Shown here: positions 47,973 through 57,217 of the stretch, piece after piece
Layout: the number at the start of each line of letters is the position of its first letter
How positions within the stretch are numbered: position 1 is the stretch's first letter
Assembly: GCA_030650605.1 (NCBI GenBank)
Contig: JAUSDP010000070.1
Location: 1-57,838, forward strand
Direction: 5' to 3'
DNA: 57,838 bases
From: a bacterium
GTDB taxonomy: Bacteria > Patescibacteriota > Minisyncoccia > Phycocordibacterales > Zambryskibacteraceae
The notes under the pieces: generated by a model
The model's database searches: none
The model's input: the letters and a program-made list of their open reading frames with translations, nothing else
What the model was told of the DNA's origin: nothing
Position numbers and translations under genes: made by a program

Positions 47973-48524
47973 TTAACTCGAATTTGTCGAGGTGTCTATT
48001 TGTGAGGTTTTTTCAAACTCTTCAATTTTCTTAAAAGCCGTTTGATATTCTGGTAAATCCTCACGACTAGTAATACCGAGATGTTGTAATAATTTAAGAG
48101 TGGCTTTATAGCTATAACTTCTTTCTATATCTTCGCCACGTGTAATAAGTCCACGAATCATGAGTGAACGAAGAATAAAGCTAGAATTAACTCCACGAAT
48201 ATGGTCAATTTCGCGACGGGAAATTGGACCCTTATAGAGAATAATTGCAAGAGTCTCAAGACTGGCACGGCTAAGTTCTCGAGAAAATTCTTCTTTTGTC
48301 AGATCTTCAATAAGTTTGCTGGCATCTGGATGGGTACCAAAACTTACGGATTCCCCATCAAAAACAACAACCACTCCCCTGTCTTTATAGAATTCCCTTA
48401 GATTCAAAAGTGTAGTTTTAATTATTTCAGATTTTTCTCCGGTTATTTTTGCCAATTCTGAAATCGAAACTGGTTCGTTTTTAAAAAACAATATTGCCTC
48501 TATTTTTGTTTCTAAACTAAGCAT
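47973..48524 (-). CDS. scpB: Segregation/condensation protein B
   Basis: IEAILF, LETLAII, RGVNS. Confidence 0.93.
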   Translation of the reverse strand: MLSLETKIEAILFFKNEPVSISELAKITGEKSEIIKTTLLNLREFYKDRGVVVVFDGESVSFGTHPDASKLIEDLTKEEFSRELSRASLETLAIILYKGPISRREIDHIRGVNSSFILRSLMIRGLITRGEDIERSYSYKATLKLLQHLGITSREDLPEYQTAFKKIEEFEKTSQIDTSTNSS

Positions 48525-49281
48525 AAATGGGTGTATGAACCGATTCACTTTCTATCTCGATATCTCCCCTGCCTTCCTGTGTTACTCGGATAGCACCACG
48601 CTTGATAAGTTCAAGCATAGCAAGAAAACCGACAATTATAGAAACCTTTTTTTCATAAGTTATAATACCCTTCTTAGTGCCTGACTTGCCAGATAAACCG
48701 TGGAAATCTTTGAAACTTATCTTACTTGCTTGAGAAATTCTCTCTGCCAATTTCTCGATCATTTCCTCAAGACTTATAACCTTTTTAACAATTATTTTAG
48801 GCAACATTTCTTTCTTCGGCAACGATTCTATCACGTTCTTAAGAGCCAAGAGAAGATTCTTCGTATTAGTTTGAGAGTCCGGTGAGAAGATTATCGTCTG
48901 ATTTTTCGACGGCATTTTCTCGAAGATGATTTTTTTACCAAAAATACTTTTGAGATACGAAGCGAGTTCCTCAACCTTGGCATATAGGGTGAGCCGATTC
49001 TCAAGATCATGGATGCTTTCTTCTTCCTCGTCCGTAAGTCGAATCATTGGCAGAAGCGATCTCGACTTGATTAGCATCAAGGTGGAAGCAACGACTATAA
49101 ATTCGGCTGACTCCCCTATCGGAAACTCTTCATGCTTATCGATATAACTTATAAAATCAACCGTAACTTGAGATAACGAAACATCATTGATAAAGAGTTT
49201 CCTTTTGGTTACTAAATCAAGAAGAAGGTCCAAAGGACCTTCAAAGACTTCCATTTTTACAGTATATAGTTGTCTTTCCAC
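48517..49281 (-). CDS. scpA: Segregation/condensation protein A
   Basis: FEGPLDLLL, KSRSLLP, FLAMLEL. Confidence 0.93.
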   Translation of the reverse strand: MERQLYTVKMEVFEGPLDLLLDLVTKRKLFINDVSLSQVTVDFISYIDKHEEFPIGESAEFIVVASTLMLIKSRSLLPMIRLTDEEEESIHDLENRLTLYAKVEELASYLKSIFGKKIIFEKMPSKNQTIIFSPDSQTNTKNLLLALKNVIESLPKKEMLPKIIVKKVISLEEMIEKLAERISQASKISFKDFHGLSGKSGTKKGIITYEKKVSIIVGFLAMLELIKRGAIRVTQEGRGDIEIESESVHTPIYA

Positions 49282-49299
49282 TTGCTTACTATAACGCTT

Positions 49300-49884
49300 T
49301 TAAGCCACATTTTCAACCAAAATCTCTACAATCTCATCCCAAGAATACACTCTAGTAATAGGTGGTTTAACTTCACCTTGATTCCATGGCGCATCAAAGA
49401 GTAATGCGGGTATTCCCAAATTTGCCACATCTTCAACATTATGCAAAAAATCATCTACAAAAATTTCTATACCAAGTTCCTTACACACTTCTCCCTTTGA
49501 GCGTTTAGGACCATCTCCTTGATAATGATTTGTAAAATGAACTCCATCAAACATTTGAGGAAAATGTTTGTCTAGCCACTCCGATGTTCTGTCTTTTAAC
49601 TCTTCTGGCTTAGCGGTAATAACAAAAAGGTTATGATGTTGTTTCAGTTTTCTTATTCTTTCAACCGCCCCATCTACAGGCGGAGCATTCCAATGTGCAG
49701 AAGATGAGTAAAAATCAGACATTCTTTGTATTGCATCCTCTCTTGTACAATTCCACATTTCGCTTAATTCATATGACTGTCTATGCTTCCTCTCATGTTT
49801 TGTACCGTAGATCGTATTATAATACTGAAGAAGAACATCATTAAAATTTAATAAAACATCATCAAGATCAAAACCTACGGTCAT
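49300..49884 (-). CDS. HAD-family 5'(3')-deoxyribonucleotidase (NT5C-like)
   Basis: DLDDVL, ITA, FVDD and PWN motifs. Confidence 0.85.
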   Translation of the reverse strand: MTVGFDLDDVLLNFNDVLLQYYNTIYGTKHERKHRQSYELSEMWNCTREDAIQRMSDFYSSSAHWNAPPVDGAVERIRKLKQHHNLFVITAKPEELKDRTSEWLDKHFPQMFDGVHFTNHYQGDGPKRSKGEVCKELGIEIFVDDFLHNVEDVANLGIPALLFDAPWNQGEVKPPITRVYSWDEIVEILVENVA

Positions 49885-51155
49885 GGATTCAGTCTCTTAA
49901 CATCTCTTGGAATATAGGTAGCTTCGCGAACGTTCGGCAAGCCAAGAATTTTCATAATAAAGCGGCCCGGACCAATGCCCGCACCTCCATGTGGCGGACA
50001 ACCGTAGCGAAAGAAGTTTAAATAATCTTTTAATACTTCTAAGTCCATACCCTTTTCTTTCGCCTGTTTTTCAAGAATTTCTAGCCGATGTTCACGTTGG
50101 GCGAGTGTCGTCACTTCAATACCTCGGTATAAAAGATCCGCCCTACGAGACCTATCAGAATCTTCTTCTAATCTCATATGATAGAAAGCGCTCTTGGATT
50201 TATGATAATCGGTAATAAAGACAAATTCATGCTTCTGTTCTTTAAGAATATATTCCGAAATTGCGCGTTCTTCTTCAGGAGAAAGGTCATGTTCCCCGCC
50301 CGACTGAACTGCGTCAGTCGTTCGGGCGGGCTCTGGTGAAGAAATGCCCAGATTAGCTAGAATCTTCTTCGCTTCCAACATAGTCATTTTAGGAAAAGGC
50401 TGAACCGGTATAGAAATATTTAGATCTGGTAGAGCTTTCAATAATTGTTTGAATCCAGCAATAATCATTCCCTCTTCTGCATTCATGACATCGTGATGAT
50501 CTTTGATATAGGAAATCTCGAAGTCCCAACCTGTAAATTCCGTCAGGTGACGTGTAGTAAAAGATGGCTCGGCACGAAATACGGGAGATACCATGAAAAC
50601 TTTTTCAAAACCAGCCGCCATAGCCATTTGTTTGTAGAATTGTGGCGACTGTGCCAAATATGCCTTGCGGTCAAAATAATCAACTTCGAAAACTTCCGCG
50701 CCAGACTCTGATGGTGTAGACATTAGAGCCGGTGGATAGAGTTGGATAAAATTGTTCTCATCCCAGAATTTACGCCAACCTTTCTCAAATTCTGTCCAGA
50801 CTGTGAAAATCTTAGCTTTCTCAGGCTTCCTTAGGTCAAGCCAGCGATAGTCAAAACGTATTGGAGCTTCGGTCTCTTCTCCACTCTTAATTACCACTGG
50901 TATGGGCAGTTCTGGTTCAGCTCTCGAGAGTATTTCAATCTTAGTTGGATGCATTTCTCGACCACCCGGTGCCTGCGATGCATCCACCATCTCCCCAGTC
51001 GCCTTAATAACCGATTCTAACGAAAGATTTTTGGCTGTTTCGAATTCAGGGTTGTCAGCCATAACCACAAGCTGAGTCAGACCTTTGATATTACGTACAA
51101 CTATAAAAATTATTTTTGACTGGATACGTAGAGCGTGTACAAATCCTTGAATCAT
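49881..51155 (-). CDS. aspS: Aspartate-tRNA ligase, archaeal/non-discriminating type
   Basis: 424 aa, OB fold, LAQSPQFYKQ, FRAE, PPHGG, PRD. Confidence 0.9.
   Translation of the reverse strand: MIQGFVHALRIQSKIIFIVVRNIKGLTQLVVMADNPEFETAKNLSLESVIKATGEMVDASQAPGGREMHPTKIEILSRAEPELPIPVVIKSGEETEAPIRFDYRWLDLRKPEKAKIFTVWTEFEKGWRKFWDENNFIQLYPPALMSTPSESGAEVFEVDYFDRKAYLAQSPQFYKQMAMAAGFEKVFMVSPVFRAEPSFTTRHLTEFTGWDFEISYIKDHHDVMNAEEGMIIAGFKQLLKALPDLNISIPVQPFPKMTMLEAKKILANLGISSPEPARTTDAVQSGGEHDLSPEEERAISEYILKEQKHEFVFITDYHKSKSAFYHMRLEEDSDRSRRADLLYRGIEVTTLAQREHRLEILEKQAKEKGMDLEVLKDYLNFFRYGCPPHGGAGIGPGRFIMKILGLPNVREATYIPRDVKRLNP
50295..50330 (-). repeat. Family D element, in-frame in aspS (PARTTDAVQSGG)
   Basis: CCCGCCCGAACGACTGACGCAGTTCAGTCGGGCGGG, 36 nt. 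Confidence 0.9.
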
Positions 51156-52150
51156 GATAGTTTTAATCCAACTTTATCCCTCACTATTTCCATCTTCTTC
51201 TCCACTCTTTCGCGGGCCACTCTACCACCCTCTCGCAATACTTCAAGAACTGTATCTTTATCTTTTTCCAGTTTTTGTCTCTTCTCACGAATTGGCCTGA
51301 TAAAATCTTGCAGATCGTCTATTAACATCTCTTTAAGAATTTTGTACTTTCCTTTATTTTCTTTATACAAATTATCGAGCAATTCTTTATCTTTGAGCAG
51401 AGCATGAATAGCATAGACATTTTCCGGATGTTCACCCGAAGAGTCTGTCACAATATTCATCACAACTTTCTCGATATCATCATCAGTAGCAAAGAGAGAA
51501 ATAGTATTACCATAGCTCTTTGACATCTTCCTACCATCAAGCCCGGGAACAGTAGCCACATCTTCCAAAATAAGAGGTTCGGGTAGTTTAAATGTTTCAC
51601 TTGCCCCGTCCTTGGCGGGGCCAAAAATGCGATTAAATTTCTCTGCTGTATCGCGAGCAATCTCAACGTGCTGTTTCTGATCTTGTCCAACCGGTACCAC
51701 ATCAGCATCTTGAATGAGAATATCAGCTGCCATAAGCAACGGATAATCAAATAATCCAACGTTGGGTTCTTTACCATTAGCTACGGCATCTTTATAAGCA
51801 TGCGCTCGCATTAGGTAAGGTACGGTTGTTAGACAATTAAAAATCCATGCAAGCTCTGTCACTTGTGGCACATCGGATTGTTTATAGATACAAACTTTTT
51901 TAGGATCGAGTCCGATAGCTAGATAATCAAGAACGACATTAATGGTATTGTTCACCAACTCTTCCCTATTCTGGACTGTAGTGATGGCGTGTAAATCTGC
52001 GATAAAAATGTAACTCTCATAAACATCTTGCAACTCGACAAACCGCTTCATAGCACCAAAGTAGTTCCCAATATGTGGCTTACCTGTGGGTTTAACTCCA
52101 GATAACAGTATTTTCCTTGTCTTGAGCGAAGTCGAAAGATTGTCTGACAT
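51152..52150 (-). CDS. trpS: Tryptophan-tRNA ligase
   Basis: HIGN, ADLHA, VPVGQDQ and KMSKS motifs. Confidence 0.95.
   Translation of the reverse strand: MSDNLSTSLKTRKILLSGVKPTGKPHIGNYFGAMKRFVELQDVYESYIFIADLHAITTVQNREELVNNTINVVLDYLAIGLDPKKVCIYKQSDVPQVTELAWIFNCLTTVPYLMRAHAYKDAVANGKEPNVGLFDYPLLMAADILIQDADVVPVGQDQKQHVEIARDTAEKFNRIFGPAKDGASETFKLPEPLILEDVATVPGLDGRKMSKSYGNTISLFATDDDIEKVVMNIVTDSSGEHPENVYAIHALLKDKELLDNLYKENKGKYKILKEMLIDDLQDFIRPIREKRQKLEKDKDTVLEVLREGGRVARERVEKKMEIVRDKVGLKLS
51600..51620 (-). repeat. Family C element, in-frame in trpS (PAKDGAS)
   Basis: CCCCGCCAAGGACGGGGCAAG, 21 nt. Confidence 0.85.
52116..52139 (-). repeat. Family A element, in-frame at the trpS N-terminus (LSTSLKTR)
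   Basis: TCTTTCGACTTCGCTCAAGACAAG; compare 25712-25735. Confidence 0.8.
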
Positions 52151-52164
52151 ATGTTTGTATTATA

Positions 52165-53550
52165 TCAGATTCTTTTTAATTTTTTCTTTTTCTCAGGTAA
52201 TCGACCTCCCACTGCTTTAATAAAATTCCCCTGCATGCGTGTAAGCTCATGGAAAGAAATATTATCAAATGCTTCCATAGTGACTTGCGACCATTCGCGA
52301 AATTCTGCATCTTTCTCAAGTACTTCAGGATGTACCTCAAAAGTCTGTTTGTTCCACCCCAGAAGGTAGAGTCCAGAGAGTCTACGCACGCGTGAGAGAG
52401 CAACATAACCCTGACCAAATTCGAAGACATCAGAGAGATCCATGACTGCTTCATCAAGACTCATACCCTGACTCTTATGCACGGTAATAGCCCAGGCCAA
52501 TCTTAAGGGCACTTGAGTGATGCGTGCTCTGACACTCCCACCTTCTTCAACAGTCCAAGTCATAGGTTCAGCCACGATACTTCGATTATTTCTAGTACGT
52601 ATGATTGGAGAACCAAATGAATTCAAATCTTCAACTTCTCCCAAAGTACCGTTTACAAATCCCGCTTGTGGATTATTTTTAGTAAACATTACCTTGGCGC
52701 CAACTTTTAACTTTAAAATTTCCGGAGAGAGACACCCCTTCTTGAGAGTATGGATAAGTAGTGGCGTACCTTGAGATATCATTTCGAAAGTGCGCTCTTT
52801 CTCCTTAATTTTCGAAAGCTCTTGAGCATTTACTTTTTCCACATCTTCGTTATGAGAGAAAAGTCGTGGAATACCTTTAGGCGCATTCTCTCGTGTGACT
52901 TGACGTTTCTTGATGTAAACATGATGAGTTTCATTATATTCATTGCGACGAATAGCGGAGAGGATCGAGAGGAAATTACGGTCATCTTGACGATATTGTT
53001 CTGTAAGATAACAAGTTAAGAATTGGGTCCTTAGCCAGCACGGAGCATCGTAAGCAAATCGTGCTGTCACCTCTTCTATCAAAACATTTTGCAAATTTAT
53101 TTCATCTCGCTTGACAACAGGTGGCAATTGAAAAAAATCCCCCACTAAAAGCACTTGGAGACCACCGAAAGCTTGGGAATCCTCTTTTACTTCGCGACAA
53201 ACCATATCTACCATAGAGAGTGTTTGGGGACTAAGCATAGATACTTCATCGATAATTAAAACCTTAGCATGACGAATGCGTTTAGCTACACGTTCATTGG
53301 AACTTATCCTATCCAAGTCATATTTATCTAATTTTCGCTTGATACCGATACCACTCCATGAATGTATGGTCATGCCACCTATATGCGTAGCTGCAATACC
53401 GGTCGAAGCGGTAATAGCCGCCTCGATCTTCCGAGACCGAAGATAAGAAACGTACTGATTGACAGTATAAGTTTTCCCAGACCCGGGCTCTCCAGAGAGA
53501 AAAACATTGGCCCCAGTCTTTAATATTTCAAGCGCTTGTTTTTGAGTCAA
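52165..53550 (-). CDS. PIF1-family helicase
   Basis: GEPGSGKT, DEVSM, GDFFQLPPV, TVHKSQGMS and YVALSR motifs. Confidence 0.92.
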   Translation of the reverse strand: MTQKQALEILKTGANVFLSGEPGSGKTYTVNQYVSYLRSRKIEAAITASTGIAATHIGGMTIHSWSGIGIKRKLDKYDLDRISSNERVAKRIRHAKVLIIDEVSMLSPQTLSMVDMVCREVKEDSQAFGGLQVLLVGDFFQLPPVVKRDEINLQNVLIEEVTARFAYDAPCWLRTQFLTCYLTEQYRQDDRNFLSILSAIRRNEYNETHHVYIKKRQVTRENAPKGIPRLFSHNEDVEKVNAQELSKIKEKERTFEMISQGTPLLIHTLKKGCLSPEILKLKVGAKVMFTKNNPQAGFVNGTLGEVEDLNSFGSPIIRTRNNRSIVAEPMTWTVEEGGSVRARITQVPLRLAWAITVHKSQGMSLDEAVMDLSDVFEFGQGYVALSRVRRLSGLYLLGWNKQTFEVHPEVLEKDAEFREWSQVTMEAFDNISFHELTRMQGNFIKAVGGRLPEKKKKLKRI

Positions 53551-53644
53551 ATGAGTATAATCTTACCTTTTTTAATCGAGTTAAAGTCTTATGTTAGCAA
53601 TAAAATCGCCTGTTTCATAATTCTACCATCTATATTTATAAGTC

Positions 53645-53973
53645 TATTCTACTATTCGCGCGAATTAGACTACAAATAATGTTCGCAAAAGTTGTCTGAT
53701 TGTATTAGGGGCATTTTTATTAAGACTATAAAACATTTGCAAACTTCGTTGTTCCTTCTCTAGAATATCAGCATTCATGAGCACAGATAAATGTTTTGAA
53801 GTTGCCCTAAAAGATAACTTTATACTGTTTGCAATTTCTCCTACACTTTGTTCTCTTTCTTTATGTAAAAGATCAATGATCGCTAGTCGCCTTCTATTAG
53901 CTAACGCTTTCAATATCCTTTCTTTCTCTTTTTCTTTCATACTCTTATTCTATCATTCGCGCGAATTAGACTA
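53645..53973. promoter_or_regulatory. 28-bp direct repeats (53645-53672, 53946-53973) with ATTCGCGCGAAT palindrome flanking arsR1; putative operators
   Basis: 26/28 identical; the upstream copy contains the TAGAAT -10. Confidence 0.75.
53665..53940 (-). CDS. ArsR/SmtB-family regulator 1
   Basis: KALANRRRLAII, HTH, SKHL. Confidence 0.9.
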   Translation of the reverse strand: MKEKEKERILKALANRRRLAIIDLLHKEREQSVGEIANSIKLSFRATSKHLSVLMNADILEKEQRSLQMFYSLNKNAPNTIRQLLRTLFVV

Positions 53974-53998
53974 AAGAGCGTAAGGGTGGATAGTTAAT

Positions 53999-54118
53999 TT
54001 TAAACTATAGGTAATTCCATATAGAAAAGAAAGTAGAGCCTTTATTTACTCCAAGAGACTCCGCCCAGACGCGACCGTGCTGCGCTTCCACCACACCTTT
54101 GACAAACGAGAGACCAAT
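53999..54118 (-). pseudogene. Histidine kinase HATPase_c C-terminal remnant 1 (frameshifted)
   Basis: GLSFVKGVVEAQHGRVWAESLGVNKGSTF, then frameshift to YMELPIV*. Confidence 0.8.
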
Positions 54119-54198
54119 TGCAGTGTTCTATTAAACCCTACAATGTGAGCACTATCTTTAAGATACGGGGATGAGTTATTCTCTACTAGAATCCTATC

Positions 54199-54876
54199 TT
54201 ATATTAAATCACTGGTTTTAAATGTTTTTATGTTATTTCCTTTAAAAACCTTTATATCCGCCGTTCCAACCACTTCAATAGATTCTTCTGTGACATAAAG
54301 TCCAGCATTTTCTGGTATAGCTAGTATTTTTTTGAGGTTATATTTATCCATATAACTTTTTATCATTAAATCTAGTGATTCAGAATAATGACACCAAATC
54401 TCATAATCTTTAAGCAAATTTAACGCAAAGAAATCTCTTAATTCTACGAAGTTTTCATCTGCAGATAATGCCGGAATAACAGTTTTTGCAAAAATTATTG
54501 CTCCAGCACTTCCTCCGTAAATCGGGATGTTTTTTTCTATCAGTTTTTTCAATATTTCAAATGTTCCAAATTCCTTCAGTTCTTTGAGGAGTTTAAAAGT
54601 ATTACCACCCCCGATATATATACCGGTAAATTGTTCAAAATCTTTTTCTTCTTTTCGTTTTAGATCATCCTCAATCCACATCGTGATATTAACAACGCCT
54701 AAAGGCTCGAGAACATCTGAGAGCCAAGCAACACAACCTGAATATGGATGTTTATCAGTATTAATCGCTATTGGAATGTATAAAAGCGGTTTGGATAAAT
54801 CTAAATTGGCGACAAATTTTTTGTCCAATTCTATTGAATCTTCTTTTCCACCTCCACCTCCTAAAAATAACTTCAT
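54199..54876 (-). CDS. Peptidase E (S51) family
   Basis: YIGGGNTF, GGSAGA and CHY motifs. Confidence 0.88.
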   Translation of the reverse strand: MKLFLGGGGGKEDSIELDKKFVANLDLSKPLLYIPIAINTDKHPYSGCVAWLSDVLEPLGVVNITMWIEDDLKRKEEKDFEQFTGIYIGGGNTFKLLKELKEFGTFEILKKLIEKNIPIYGGSAGAIIFAKTVIPALSADENFVELRDFFALNLLKDYEIWCHYSESLDLMIKSYMDKYNLKKILAIPENAGLYVTEESIEVVGTADIKVFKGNNIKTFKTSDLI

Positions 54877-54888
54877 AAATTTACAGTA

Positions 54889-55374
54889 TTATATTTTTAG
54901 CATCCCCAAAGCTTTCTCCATAATTCTATCGCCGATAATACCCCAGTTAAAATACTTTTTGTAATCTTTGGGGTCAATTAATTTGATTTCAGATATATCT
55001 CCATCTGGATCTGATACAAAATCGCCATACGGCTCAACTAAACAAAAAGAGTGGGTTTGCCTAACAATCTTATCTGGTTCATAAATATCTTGATAACCGA
55101 TAAGTTCTTGATGCAAGACTTTCATATTTGTTTCTTCTTTAACTTCACGAATAATTGCATCTTCATATGCCTCTCCTTTTTCTATTCCTCCACCAGGTGG
55201 AGTCCAATATTTTTTACTTTCTGCATAAACTATAACTAATTGCCCATTATAAAAGCAAAAGGCATGTACACCTTGTAAAACTTTATCATCAAGGTTTATT
55301 AGTGGATCACTTTCCGAATAAACAACTTTTAGAATCTGGCCGGAATGATTTGTGAGGGTGGATGATATTTTCAT
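54889..55374 (-). CDS. NUDIX hydrolase
   Basis: GGGIEKGEAYEDAIIREVKEET Nudix box. Confidence 0.92.
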   Translation of the reverse strand: MKISSTLTNHSGQILKVVYSESDPLINLDDKVLQGVHAFCFYNGQLVIVYAESKKYWTPPGGGIEKGEAYEDAIIREVKEETNMKVLHQELIGYQDIYEPDKIVRQTHSFCLVEPYGDFVSDPDGDISEIKLIDPKDYKKYFNWGIIGDRIMEKALGMLKI

Positions 55375-55450
55375 TTCTATTGTCTAGGCTCTCTATTGTA
55401 TCATCATCTGCATTATTCTCTCATTCTCACGAATAAGAGAATCGAAAGTA

Positions 55451-55717
55451 TTACAAACTTTTTATTAAAGAAGAAAACATATCCGGTATAAAATTGTTTA
55501 ATCTATAAAAAACTTCCGAACTTCTCTGCTCTCTTTCAAGAATGTCGGCTCCAAATAAGATTGCTAGGTGTCTAGATGTAGACTTAATCGATAAATGAAT
55601 AGCTTCGGCAATATTACCTACATTTGACTCCTTTCTTTTTCTCAAAAGTGAGATAATCGCCAGTCGTCTTCTATTGGCTAACGCTTTCAGCATTTTCTCT
55701 AGTTCCTTCTCTTTCAT
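55451..55717 (-). CDS. ArsR/SmtB-family regulator 2
   Basis: Paralog of 53665; flanked by ATTCTCACGAAT (55423) and ATTCGTGAGAAT (55751). Confidence 0.9.
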   Translation of the reverse strand: MKEKELEKMLKALANRRRLAIISLLRKRKESNVGNIAEAIHLSIKSTSRHLAILFGADILEREQRSSEVFYRLNNFIPDMFSSLIKSL

Positions 55718-55805
55718 AATTATTTAAAAATAGATTTCTCTTATTCTCTAATTCGTGAGAATGAGTCTAATAGTAGCATAGAAAATTAACAGTTTTTGCC
55801 TAGGA

Positions 55806-56040
55806 CTAGGATATCGGCAACTCCATGAAGAAAGTGGAACCCTTATCGGGACCAGCAGACTCCGCCCAAACACGACCTTTGTGCGCTTCTACCACATCTT
55901 TAACAAACGAGAGGCCAAAGCCGGTGGAGTTGATATTGACCTTAAGCGAATTCTCGTCCCGACCGCCTTTGGTAAAGAGTTTTGGTTTAAGCTCATCAGA
56001 GATGCCTACGCCGGCATCCTCAATCTTAAATAAGATTTTA
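55806..56040 (-). pseudogene. Histidine kinase HATPase_c C-terminal remnant 2
   Basis: KILFKIEDAGVGIS...LFTKGGR...STGFGLSFVKDVVEAHKGRVWAES...GSTFFMELPIS*; G1/F/G2 boxes; no start codon. Confidence 0.88.
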
Positions 56041-56056
56041 ATGACAAAATTTAAAA

Positions 56057-57193
56057 TTATGGATAAGTCTTAATATTTTTTAATCTTGGATATAAAATTG
56101 AATTTTTAATATCATCGCGACATAAACTCCAAGTAATAAATCTTTCTATTCCCAAACCAAAACCAGAAGTTGTTTTGTAATTCGGAAGTTTTCGTAAATT
56201 TAGATACCATTCGTATGGTCCTGAGTTTATATTTTGTCGAGCCAATGAATCCCTTATTTCCTGACAATCATCCTGCCTCTGACCACATCCAACTATTTCA
56301 CCACCGAAAGCTTCTTTAATTATTGGAGGAAAAATAAGATCAGCATTAATCACTTTATTTGAATTCTTTGGGTCTGGTTTGTGGTAAAAAGCCACTCTAT
56401 CACGATCATAATTTCTAACCCAAAAAGGAGTATTGAAATTAAAAATCTCAGCTAACTTTATTTCTCCCTCTGATGAAATATTACGTCCCAATCTAGTAAC
56501 TTTTACTAAAGTTTTGTTGCCATTCTCCATCAAAGCATTGGCCGCCTCATCAAATGTAATTTTGGGAAATCTCTCTAACCCTAATATTTTATTAAAACTT
56601 GCCATGGATTTTTTAAAATTTAAACTTACTCTTTCCAAAATATTTGGCATTAAAATTAATGCTTCCGCCAAAATTTTAATATATTCCTCGATGATTAGAA
56701 TTAGCTGTTCTATGTCACCTTTAATTTCAGCCTCACAGTGAAAAAACTGGTTCAGATGTCTTTTGTCTGGTTTCTCGCCACGTATTGATGGTAAATAGCA
56801 ATAAACCTTATCGATTCCATTTAACAATAAGGGTTCAAATCCAAATTGAGAAGAATCAACTAAATTTGAGTCATATTTACCAAATTTAATTGGGATTGCT
56901 TCTGAATCTGAGCCGGGGCCTGCTGGAGATGAAATACTTGGGGTGAGCATGAACAAATCAATATTTTTCGCTCCGCATTCAACTCCAAAATAATAATCAG
57001 ATACGACTTTAATATAATGTCGCAGTATTATAAGTGAGCGAAAATATCCACTTCGTGTCAATTCTAAATAATGGATTTTTGGATTATATGTTGGTAACTT
57101 AAAATCACTCAAATCAGTGTTCATAAATTTTAAGTCATCATTCTTAATTTGTTCACGTAAATAATCCGGAATCATGTTTAAATGCTCAATCAT
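56057..57193 (-). CDS. Asn/Asp-tRNA synthetase-like catalytic domain lacking the anticodon OB-fold (archaeal AsnA/AsnRS2-like)
   Basis: LVDSSQF, RGE...RHLNQF, GEIVGCGQR, GFGLGIER and YPR motifs. Confidence 0.8.
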   Translation of the reverse strand: MIEHLNMIPDYLREQIKNDDLKFMNTDLSDFKLPTYNPKIHYLELTRSGYFRSLIILRHYIKVVSDYYFGVECGAKNIDLFMLTPSISSPAGPGSDSEAIPIKFGKYDSNLVDSSQFGFEPLLLNGIDKVYCYLPSIRGEKPDKRHLNQFFHCEAEIKGDIEQLILIIEEYIKILAEALILMPNILERVSLNFKKSMASFNKILGLERFPKITFDEAANALMENGNKTLVKVTRLGRNISSEGEIKLAEIFNFNTPFWVRNYDRDRVAFYHKPDPKNSNKVINADLIFPPIIKEAFGGEIVGCGQRQDDCQEIRDSLARQNINSGPYEWYLNLRKLPNYKTTSGFGLGIERFITWSLCRDDIKNSILYPRLKNIKTYP

Positions 57194-57217
57194 TCTAATT
57201 TTGACATCATTGAAATC

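Noticed and set aside
55825-56073. Plus-strand 82-aa ORF
   Set aside because: It is the antisense shadow of the histidine-kinase remnant on the minus strand.
154-57193. Genetic code 25 (TGA read as Gly)
   Set aside because: Conserved genes are intact under code 11 and several end in TGA at the expected position.
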